A stretch of 64,000 nucleotides of DNA. It comes from Octopus vulgaris (Eukaryota). Where the stretch lies: the NCBI GenBank assembly GCA_951406725.2, contig OX597825.1:55242001-55306000 (forward strand). The letters run 5' to 3'. Numbering within the stretch: the stretch's first letter is position 1; every line of letters begins with the position of its first letter. Shown piece after piece: positions 53,565 to 64,000 of the stretch. The position numbers and the translations under genes are program-made. A model generated the notes under the pieces. That model made no database searches and was not told where the DNA came from. It worked only from the letters and a program-made list of their open reading frames with translations.

Positions 53565-53630
53565 ACTTACTTGTATTATTCCAAATTTGGGACTTACCTG
53601 CAAAGGAAAATAAAAAGAAACATTAGTTAC
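53565..53630 (-). promoter_or_regulatory. Candidate recursive splice site / 27-nt microexon of an unidentified host gene
   Basis: Minus strand reads gtaaCTAATgtttctttttattttcctttgCAG|GTAAGTcccaaatttggaataatacaa|GTAAGTg. Confidence 0.6.
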
Positions 53631-53969
53631 GATATTCTTGAGGATTAAAGAAATCTTGGAGAGATCTGCATTGATTAAACAAACAAAACTATTGTATTAA
53701 TTAATTGTATTAATTAATTTTTGAAAGTTGTTGTTGTTTAACCCAAGGTGATTCCTCATTCAGCAGTTCAATGATTAAAGGTGTTCCAGTTATGACCATC
53801 CTACCTTTTATTTCCAAACAAGCAGAGAATCTAGATGGTCAACTGAAAAAATTATTAAAGCATTAGTCAAATACAGCATGAGTTCAAATCCAACCAAAGT
53901 AAGCTTCCCCTTTTATCCTTCTGGAAGAGGGCATGCAATATAATAAAAAAAAAAGGTTATGATGATTTC

Positions 53970-56045
53970 CAGTGTAGGCACAATGTCTCAAATATTAAGG
54001 GTATAGTTGATTACAATTTACCCCAGTATTTTACTGGTATGATATTTTATCAATCCTGCAAAGATGAAAGTTAATAATGACAATAATTATAATCAATTCT
54101 AAATTGTTGTTATTGAGTAAAGAGTGAGATGAACACTAAAGGAATTACAGTGAATTAGTTATTAAAATATGAATTAGTAATTAAAAAATGTTCCATCAAT
54201 TACAGAATGTGTCTATTATTATATTTGTAATTGATAAAACTAGAATATTAATACAATATCAAATCTATAAAGGACAATGACAGATTATCTCTAAGGATGG
54301 CCATAGGCACACTCTTTAAAACAGCATACTGGTATTTGTAAGTACTGCTTTACCCATTACCTTACAGCTTTTGCTGTTATCATCATCATCATTGTCCATT
54401 TTTCCATGCTGGCATGGGTAAGAAATTTTAACAGGAGCTGGAAACTCAGAAGACCGCACCAAGCTCTGCTATCTGTTTTGGAATGGTTTCTATGGTTGGA
54501 TGCCCTTCTTAATGCCACCTACTTTGCAGAGTGAACTGAGTTTTTTTAATATGAAACCAGCAGTCGTGAGGTTGCAAAGTAATTTGCAACTAGGGGAGGG
54601 AGTGTAGTATTGAGGCACAAAAACAGTATTTTGCATCAGAAGAGAAACAGCTACCTCAAAAGAAGAGAGAAGAGAAAAAGATAGTGAAAATGTGACAAAG
54701 AGGGAACAGGGGCCAAGGTTTATGGTGTAAGAAAGGAAACTCTCAAACAGATTTCTCAAACAATGAGCTACAACAAAAGTGACAAATACAAAAAAATAAT
54801 AATGGTTTCTTATTTAGGTACAAGATCATCCCTGACCCCAGTACTTGACTGATACCTTATTTTATTGACCCTGGAATGAGGAAAAGCAAAACTGATCTTG
54901 TCAGAATCTGAACTCAAACTATAACCTGAAGAAGTACTACAAAATATTTTTTCTGTTTTAACAATTCTACCACTTGGCTAAATTTTACAATAATCATAAT
55001 AATGGTTTCAAATTTTGGCACAAGGCCAGGAGTTTTTGAGGGGAGCAGGGAAAGTCAATTACATAAATCCCAGTACTTGAGTGGAACTTATTTTATTGAC
55101 CCTGAAAGGATGAAAAGGAAAATCAACCTTGGACGAATTTGAACTTAGAACATAAAGACGGACAAAATGGCATTAAGCAGTTTACCTGGCATGCTAATGA
55201 GTCCTGCCAGCTTGCCACCTTAATGATAATGATAATAATAATAATAATAATAATGATGATGATAATTCTTTCTACTATAGGCACAAGGCCTGACATTTTG
55301 GGGGAAGAGGTCAGTTGATTACATCATTTCCATTACCTGACAGGTACATATTTTATTGACCCACAAAAGATGAAAGGCAAAATATGAGCTGAGAATGTCA
55401 AAACAGATTAAATGCTTATCAGTATTTTACTCAGTATACTAAGGGTTCTGTCAGCCCACCACCTTTATGATAATAATAATAACAATAATAACATTGTGTA
55501 GTTTAGCTGCAAGGCCAGAAGCAGGACTCACACTTTATCAATGCCAGAGGGATGAAAAAGCAAAATTAACCTAAGTGGGATTTGAATTTATGAACAACAG
55601 ATGAAATACCACCAAGCATTTTATCTGATACTATAAATAATTTTTAATTTAGACAGAAGGCCATCAATTTTGAGGGCTGGGGTTTAGTTGATTTCATCAG
55701 CTGCAGTACTTGATTGGTACTTTATTTTATGAATGCTGAAAGGATAAAAGTAAATTTAACCTTAGCAAGATTTAAACTCTGATCACAAAGGAACCAAGAC
55801 AAATACCATATGGCATTTTTTTCCACTATTCTACTGATTCCTCCAATATACTTAAAGTAACACTTTTAACATAGGTACAAGGCTTGGAATTTGATAAGGT
55901 GGGCTTAGACAATTACATCAAGCCTTGTATTTGACTGGTACTTTATTTTATAGACCTTTAAAGATTGACAGACAATAAATAGGATATAATAAGCCATAAC
56001 TGGAAACATCAAAAACATTGTGCTCAATGTCCCAATGACCCTACC
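53970..56045 (-). mobile_element. Cluster of about 7 co-oriented family M SINEs, most separated by (AAT)n
   Basis: Copies at ~53970, 54800, 55000, 55265, 55500, 55640 and 55865, each with a TTTTATTGACCC...GATGAAA core. An RTE tail fragment lies at ~54378-54560. Confidence 0.85.
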
Positions 56046-56257
56046 AATACTAGTTGGTGGAACAAAAAAGAAAAAGTAAAGCACTCAATTCACACTGTAA
56101 AGTGGTTGGCATTAGGAAAGGCATCCAACGGTTTGCATCCAAGCCAAAGCAGATACTGGAGCATGATGCAGTACTTGGACTATACAGATCTTGTTAAACC
56201 ATCTGACCCAAGCCCACATGTAATGTGGACATTAAATGATGATGATGAGGAAAAAAG

Positions 56258-56697
56258 ATTTTACTTGTTTCAGTCATTAAACTATGGCCATGCTGGGACA
56301 CTGCTTTGAAAAATTTCTATAGCCAAGTTCGGGCACTGCCTTGAACAATTTTTAGTCAATTGAATTGATCACAGTACATTTTTTTTTAACCTCATGCTTA
56401 TTTTATTGATTTCTTTTGCTGAACTACCAAGGTAAGGGAACAAAAACACACCAACACTGGTTGTCAAGCAGTGGTGGCGGATAAACATAGACACAAATAC
56501 ACACACACACACATGTGTGTGTGTATTTATATGACAGGTTTCTTTTCATTTTCTGTCTACCAAATTCACCCACAAGGATTTGGTCAGCCCGAGGCTACAG
56601 TAGAAGACACATGCCCAAGGTGCCATGCACTAGGACTGAACATAGACCCATGTAGTTTGAAATGAAGTTTCTTACCACATAGCTATGCCTGTGCCTA
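56258..56697 (-). mobile_element. Family A SINE, directly after an RTE tail fragment (56080-56250, +)
   Basis: Reverse complement of the family A consensus. Confidence 0.8.
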
Positions 56698-58041
56698 TGA
56701 TGAAGAATAAATTTTACAACCATGGTAAGAATATATTTAACAAAAAACGATATTTAACAAAAACACTTAATTTAGTCCAGTATATTAATTCTGGCACCAC
56801 CATTCCACTACCAGTCATGAGATGCCAGAAAGATTAACAGACTTAAAAGCACAGAGAGCTTTTGACAATTCTAGTTTCAAATATGAAAGAACACTTGAGG
56901 AAGAAATAAAGCAGAAAAACTGTCATCACTTTTAATGAAAACCAACTGTAGTTTCCGAATAAACCAGGCAGAATATGAAATACGCAATAATATAAATATC
57001 ATCACAAGGTTTTTTTCATAACGCAAACTTAGCAAGGAGGCCTAGCAATGGGAGGATGAGAGCACTGGACAGCTGGAAGGGTGAGTAGCTGGAAGGCTGA
57101 ATGGGTGAGCAGCTGGAAGTCTGAGAGAGGCTGTGTAGATGAGCTGGGCACCCGCCTTGCTTCAGTGTAAAGTTTGTTTTATAACTTCCCTCTTTAACTC
57201 ACCATTAACTTGTTTATCAGCATTTGTCAGCTCTCATTACAAAATTCGAGCTTTATCTCAACTGAATTCTACTCTTGTTACGAGTGAAGTATATGAACAA
57301 TATCAGTGCGCATGCATGTACGTGTGTGTGTGTGTGTGTGTATCTGTTCATGTGTCAGTGGATGTATGTTAATTCATGTGTTTGTGTATGTGTGTGTGCA
57401 CAAATATTTACATGTTTGTGTGTGAATATATATTTTGTGAGTGTGAGAATGCATTTTTCTAAAGTTAAGGGTTGGGGTAGAATTGTTAAGCTATCATAGC
57501 TTCTTCTTTGCAATTATCACCACCACGTTACCACCATCACCACCACAAAAACAACATCTTGTCTAAAACATTAAGTATATTTTATTCTAGATGAGCAAAG
57601 CTTCCGCAATCTCATAATGTAACATACATTCTCAAACATTTATTCATAGGTATGTCTTTACATGCACATACTGCAATACACAGGCACATACTCATACACA
57701 TTCACATGTGTGCGTATGTATTTACATACATATGTATAAACATACAAATATGTATGAGTATACATATATATATATATATGGTATGTATACATATATGTGT
57801 GTATGTATATCTGTATATATGTATATGCATACATATATATAAACATAAGCATACATATATGTACATACATACAAATAAGTATATATATGCATATATACAT
57901 ACATACATATATATATATACACTCTTTCGCACTCATCTCCTGACACACATTCACCTATACACATGCACACTTGCATATTTGTGTGTGTATGTGGAGAAAT
58001 ATATTTAAATGAATATAAAAATGTGTTTGTGTGTAAACATC

Positions 58042-58093
<52 letters not shown>

Positions 58094-58730
58094 GTATACA
58101 CACATATACATACATATGTAAGTATGTATGTTTAAATTTAATATGTGTTTACCCATGCAGTAATGAGTTAAAGAGGTTTTCTACACAACATATCACCACT
58201 TATCTTGATCCTGTATCATCTCATCTGTAAAGACCATTCACACATTCCTATAAAGTGATATTGGCTCAGTGGGTAAGGTACTAGTCTACCTACCCAGAGA
58301 ACATGAGTTCAAATGAGTTGCAGGTACTACAATTTCTGAAGAGAATATTCTATTTGGTCCACCAAATTGCTTAGTAATAGACAGTAAGATCTGCAATGAA
58401 AATTGTTCCATCCATTGGCCCCCTAGTCTTTTCTTTCTAGTATAGTGGATCTACAAATACATTATGCTTCATGTACATTCCTTTTTAAGATGGTAGGGTG
58501 TGAATTGATTGCTATTTCTAGCATGTCAAACAACCACAAAGAGGCTCTCTCAGAGAGATTGGTGAGTAAATAAACAGACTGTAGCAATTGTCTAAATGTA
58601 ATATATATGGTTGTATGTATATTTATATACACTGTACATATGTGCATGTGTGCTGTATGTATGTATGTATGTATGTATGTATGTATGTATGTATGTATGT
58701 ATGTATGTATGTATGTATATATATATATAT

Positions 58731-60422
58731 GAGAGTCTGCCGAATGTTGACCCAACAGAGGGACCAGCAATCCGAGTTGACAGTTCCTTAGTAGATAAGG
58801 CAATTAAAAGCATGAAAACAGGGAAAGCCCCAGGCCCATCAGGAATTACTGCAGAGATGCTCAAAATATCTGGTAGTGTCGGCTATAGCCTAGTCACCCA
58901 TATAGTTAACCAGGTGATACACAAAGGAGTCATACCCAATGACTGGTGTAGCAGCATAATAGTCAGCTGCTACAAAGGTAAAGGTGACGCCCTAGATACA
59001 AATAACTACAGGGGTATCAAGCTGCTGGATCAGGTAATGAAGGTTACGGAAAGGGTTATAGCCCAACTAATTAGAGAGAGAGTTAGCCTAGATCAGATGC
59101 AGTTTGGGTTCGTGCCAGGGAAAAGTACTACTGATGCTATTTTCATGGTAAGACAGCTGCAAGAGAAATACCTAGCCAAAGACAAGCCCCTATACCTGGC
59201 TTTTGTTGATATGGAGAAAGCGTTCGACAGGGTCCCCCGATCCCTCATCTGGTGGTCAATGAGGAAACTAGGGATAGATGAATGGTTAGTGAAAGCTGTA
59301 CAAGCCATGTACAGAGACGCTGCTAGTAAGGTGAGGGTTGGTACCGAGTACAGTGAAGAATTCAGGGTAGAGGTTGGGGTCCACCAAGGTTCAGTCCTCA
59401 GTCCCCTCCTATTTATCATAGTCCTCCAGGCAATAACGGAGGAATTCAAGACAGGATGCCCCTGGGAGCTCCTCTATGCTGATGACCTTGCTCTAATTGC
59501 TGAGTCTCTATCAGAACTAGAGGAGAAGTTTCAGGTATGGAAACAAGGTTTAGAATCGAAGGGCCTTAGAATCAACCTAGCCAAAACCAAAGTCCTAATA
59601 AGTAGGAAGGTAGACCAATCACAAACGCCTTCAGGTAGATGGCCCTGCTCGATCTGTAGAAAAGGTGTAGGTAGAAACTCTATAAGATGCACCAAGTGTA
59701 AGCTATGGACACATAAGCGGTGCAGCAATGTCAAAGGAAGGCTAACTAGGAAGATGGTTTTTGTATGTGGCAGATGCTCAGGAACAATTAACACTGAAAA
59801 TGCTCTGAGACCAACTTCCGTCACTTTCCAGGGAGAAAAGCTAGAAGTAGTTGATAGTTTCCGTTACCTAGGTGACCAAGTCAGTAGCGGGGGCGGGTGC
59901 GCTGAAAGTATAACTGCTAGAGTAAGAATAGCCTGGGCAAAGTTTAGAGAGCTCTTACCCCTGCTGGTGACAAAAGGCCTCTCGCTCAAAGTAAAAGGCA
60001 GACTGTATGATGTATGTGTACGTACAGCCATGCTACATGGTAGTGAAACTTGGGCTGTGACTGCAAGAAATTTGCAAGAAATGAAGCTAGTATGCTCCGA
60101 TGGATGTGTAACGTCAGTGTTCAAAATCGACAGAGTGTAAATACCTTGAGAGAAAAGTTGAACCTAAGAAGCATCAGTTGTTGTGTGCAAGAGAGACGTA
60201 TGCGCTGGTATAGTCATGTGATGAGAATGGCTGAAGATAGTTGTGTGCGAAAGTGCCACACCCTGGCAGTTGAGGGGACCTGTGGAAGAGGTAGACCCAG
60301 GTAAAACCTGGGTTGAGGTGGTGAAGCACGACCTTCGAACTTTAGGTCTCACCAAGGAAATGACCAGTGACCGAGACCTTTGGAAGTATGCTGTGCGTGA
60401 GAAAACCCGGCAAGACCAGTGA
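58731..60422 (+). pseudogene. RTE ORF2 reverse transcriptase (endonuclease missing; frameshifts at ~60065 and ~60302)
   Basis: GKAPGPSGI, NYRGIKLL, QFGFVPGKSTTDAIF, FVDMEKAFDRV, GVHQGSVLSPLLF, LLYADDL, NLAKTK, FRYLG, LHGSETW, RMRWYSHVMR, GRGRPR. The first ~40 aa of the listed ORF are microsatellite. Confidence 0.95.
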
Positions 60423-60469
60423 GAACAGTCAAAATCAAAATCAAACCAAATTGAGGTCGATCAACATCA

Positions 60470-61120
60470 GGGCCCCCGTGCAGGTGACACGTAAAAGCAC
60501 CATCCGTCCGTAGTCGTTTGCCAGCCCTGTCTGGCCCCCGTGTCGGTGGCACGTAAAAGCACCATCCGTTTGTGTTCGTTGCCAGCCTGGCCTGGCCCCC
60601 GCGCCGGTGACACATAAAAGCACCATCCGTTTGTGGCCGTTTGCCAGCTCTGTCTGGCCCCCGTGCCGGTGACACGTAAAAGCACCATCCGTTCGTGGCC
60701 GTTTGCCAGCTCTGTCTGGCCCCCGTGCCGGTGACACGTAAAAGCACCATCCGTCCGTGGCCGTTTGCCAGCCCTGTCTGGCCCCCATGTCGGTGACATG
60801 TAAAAGCACCATCCGTTCGTGGCCGTTTGCCAGCCCTGTCTGGCCCCCGTGTCGGTGGCATGTAAAAGCACCATCCGTGCGTGTCCGTTGCCAGCCTCGC
60901 CTGGCCCCCGTGCCGGTGACACGTAAAAGCACCATCCGTTTCGTGGCCGTTTGCCAGCTCTGTCTGGCCCCCGTGTTGGTGGCACGTAAAAGCATCATCC
61001 GTTCGTGTCCGTTGCCAGCCTCGCCTGGCCCCGTGCCAGTGACACGTAAAAGCACCATCCGTTCGTGGCCGTTTGCCAGCTCTGTCTGGCACCTGTGCGG
61101 GTGGCACATAAAAAGCACCC
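60470..61120 (+). repeat. Eleven tandem ~62-bp units in the RTE 3' UTR
   Basis: TAAAA(A)GCA cores at 60492, 60554, 60615, 60677, 60739, 60801, 60863, 60924, 60987, 61047 and 61109. Confidence 0.95.
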
Positions 61121-61306
61121 ACTACACTCACGGAGTGGTTGGCGTTAGGAAGGGCATCAAGCCGTAGAAACACTGCCAGATCTGACTGGGCCTGATGAAG
61201 CCTTCCAGCTTCACAGACCCCAGTTGAACCGTCCAACCCATGCTAGCATGGAGAACGGACGCTAAATGATGATGATGATATATATGCCATTATTTATAGC
61301 ATTATG

Positions 61307-61515
61307 TAAGGCAGTGAGCTGGCAGGATTATTAGCAAGCTGGGCAAAATATTTTGTGTCATTTCATCTGTTTTTACATTCTGAGTTCAAATCCTGCCAAA
61401 CTTAACTCTGCCTTTCATTCTTTCAGGGTTGATGAAATAAGTACCAGCTGAGCACTGGGATTGATGTCATCAACATATTCCCGCCCACAAAGTTGCTGGC
61501 CTTGAGCCAAAATCT
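61307..61515 (+). mobile_element. Family M SINE
   Basis: AAGGCAGTGAGCTGGCAG head, TGAGTTCAAATCC, GCCTTTCATTCTTTCAGGGTTGATGAAATAAGTACCAG. Confidence 0.85.
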
Positions 61516-61549
61516 GTGTACTTAGAGATCCAATATTCTAAAAATATAT

Positions 61550-61755
61550 TCATTTGACTGCAGCCATATTAGAGCATTACCTTAAGAGGTGTTGGTCAAA
61601 GAAATCATCCCCAGGACTTATTCTTTGTAAGTCTAGTACTTATTCTATCGATCTTTTTTGCCGAACCGCTCAGTGACGGGGACGTAAACACACACGCATC
61701 GGTTGTCAAGCAATGACAGCAGGACAAACACGGACACATAAATACATACATAAAT

Positions 61756-61824
<69 letters not shown>

Positions 61825-61978
61825 TACACAACAGGCTTCTAGTTTCTGTCAATCAAACCCACTCACAAGGGTTTCGTCAGCCTGAGGCTAGAAGATATTT
61901 GCCCAAGGTGCCATGCAATGGGACTGAACCCAGAATCATGTGATTTGGAAACTTACCACACAGCCATGCCTGTGCCTA
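61550..61978 (-). mobile_element. Family A SINE
   Basis: Reverse complement of family A with an internal (TA)n. Confidence 0.85.
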
Positions 61979-62053
61979 TGTGTGTGTGTGTGCGTGTGTA
62001 TATATATATATATATACACATATATATATATATATACACACATATATACACAC

Positions 62054-62088
<35 letters not shown>

Positions 62089-62440
62089 CATACGTACATA
62101 TATATACATACATATATATATATATACGTGCATATATATACATACATATATATATATATACATACATATACATATATATATATGCATATATATATATATA
62201 TATACATATATACACATATATATATGCATATATATACATATATATATATGCATATATATATATACATATATACACATATATATATATATATGCATATATA
62301 TATATACATATATACACATATATATACACACATATATATATACACACATATATATATACACATATATATATACACATATATATACACGCACACACACACA
62401 CATATATATATATACATACACACACATATATATATATATA
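61979..62440. repeat. Long compound (TA)n/(CA)n microsatellite
   Basis: Directly visible. Confidence 0.95.
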
Positions 62441-63139
62441 GATACATTTTTTATATAATTTGTTTATATTTCTAGCATTCCCAACTCATAGATGTTGAGT
62501 TCAAACTCACCACAAGAATATTGTGTTTCATGAAGAACAAATAGCAATGCATTGCCAAAGTTTGCCTGGCTGCTATGGGAATATTAGCTGTGATACACCA
62601 TAATCATATTCAAGAGTAACTTTAGTTTATCCCCTTAGTATCGTTAAACCAAGGAGCTAAGCCATTAATTCCATAAAGTCCTCTATGAGTCAACTGGAAA
62701 TATTAAACAGTTTTAAATTACTGCAGAGGATCATCAATGAATGTTTTACATTATGAGATGATGTAAGGACATAAATAATGTTTAGTTTCATCCTGTTCAA
62801 TCCTGAAACAAAATCCCATTGGCCACAACTGACTTTGACTTTATTTTGTAGGTTTTACCAGGAAAACATAAGACATTAAAACCAGGAAAACACAATGTAA
62901 TAGTGAAACATAACTTAATATAATAAGGTTATATTGGAGTTATGGTTTAATATTACATGCATTTAGTGACTTCTTTGTTCTGATATCTGTGACAAATGAG
63001 TTTCAGGTCACCAAGAACTGTTAACTGAAATAGATTAGCACCTTATCCCAGTGTTCATGATGTAGTCATCTCTGTTCTGGGATGTACAGCTTGAGTCTGG
63101 TGTCCTGCTCTAGGGACACCAAACTCAAGAAACAGAGGT

Positions 63140-63480
63140 GTGAGTGATAGAGGCATGAGTGAGAGAGACATGAGTGATAGAAAGTTATGAGTGATAGAGA
63201 CACAAGTGATAGTCAGTCATGAATGATAAGCAGTCACAAGTGATAGACAGTCATGAGTAATAGATAGTCACAAGTGATAAACAGGCATTATTGACACAGA
63301 CAAGCATGACTGACACAGACAAGCATGACTGACACAGACAGACTGACAGACATGACCGAGACAGACAGGTACGGCTGAGATTGACAGGCACAACTGAGAC
63401 TGACCGACATGAGTGAGATGTACAGCCATAAGTAACAGACAGGCATGAATAGTAAAGGTATGTGTGATAATGGCTTGAGT
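63140..63480. repeat. Degenerate ~17-18-bp tandem repeat
   Basis: CATGAGTGATAGAGA and GACACAGACAAGCATGACT units. Confidence 0.7.
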
Positions 63481-64000
63481 AATTAATAAGCATGATTGAT
63501 AAAAGCAAGAGAACAATAGAGATGGCTGTGAAAGAGGTGTAAGTAATAGGGACAGGAGTGAAAGAGGCAGAAGAAATAGTGATTTGTGTATTAGGGGACA
63601 TGAATGATTGAGGTATGAATGGTAGAGATAAGAGGGATGCATGAAAGAGAGATGACTAATGACAGAAGGTATGGTGACCTAACAAAGTGATAATAGAGGA
63701 AGAGCCAGGAGGTGATGATGTGTGTGCGATTGCATGGCAGAGAGAGAGAGAGAGTGTGTGTGTGTGTGTGTGTGTATGCGCATGTGTGTGTGTATGCGCA
63801 TGCGTGTGTTTGTCTAAGTGATTTCTAATGAGATGTAGAAACACGAGATTTGTCAGATGCTCAGTGTGAAATCATAACGAACTGAATAAACCACTGGAAG
63901 TTGTTACGGTGGTTTATCAACAGTTAAGATTTTCACAGAGACATTACATTAGATATATTTGCTAACCATATACAGTATATGATTTCCTAATACATATTTA

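Larger units (their letters stand above)
58731..61279 (+). mobile_element. 5'-truncated RTE-clade LINE with 3' UTR repeat array and (GAT)n tail
   Basis: RT-coding region, 3' UTR and tail are contiguous; inserted in a (TA)-rich tract. Confidence 0.95.

Noticed and set aside
60470-61120. CRISPR-like appearance of regularly spaced repeats (also 40917-41130 and 48079-48352)
   Set aside because: No unique spacers, no cas genes, and a eukaryotic repeat context.
60349-61236. 295-aa, 225-aa and 172-aa repetitive ORFs
   Set aside because: Antisense readings of the GC-rich 62-bp UTR array, open in several frames with no protein motif.
15-62475. Numerous YI/CV/HT-rich ORFs in the ORF track
   Set aside because: They are translations of (TA)n, (TG)n and (CA)n microsatellites, which lack stops in some frames.

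Overview
AT-rich, microsatellite-saturated eukaryotic DNA. The SINE/LINE repertoire (tRNA-derived CORE-like and Meta-like SINEs, RTE LINEs ending in (GAT)n, Dong/R4 fragments) looks like Octopus/cephalopod sequence; this is inferred from recognition of the repeats, not from a search. There is no intact host protein-coding gene, and almost all listed ORFs are translations of (TA)n/(CA)n repeats. Real coding remnants are all transposons: a decayed hAT transposase (~1-3.3 kb), two Dong/R4 fragments, a Penelope-like RT fragment, a CRE-like endonuclease fragment, an internally deleted mariner-type element and a fairly young 5'-truncated RTE LINE (58.7-61.3 kb). The most interesting signals are RNA-level. 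(1) A branch point/pyrimidine tract/CAG|GTAAGT site followed 27 nt later by a second GTAAGT on the minus strand (53.6 kb) matches recursive-splice-site/RS-exon architecture and suggests the window lies in a giant intron. (2) There is one intact type I hammerhead ribozyme enclosed in a 19-bp stem (11.1 kb), several decayed ones, and a three-copy family with a variant core. (3) RTE 3' UTRs carry tandem arrays of a predicted H-type pseudoknot. (4) A C4HC3 PHD-like finger is inserted inside the RTE reverse transcriptase. All coordinates were counted by eye, so repeat boundaries are approximate.
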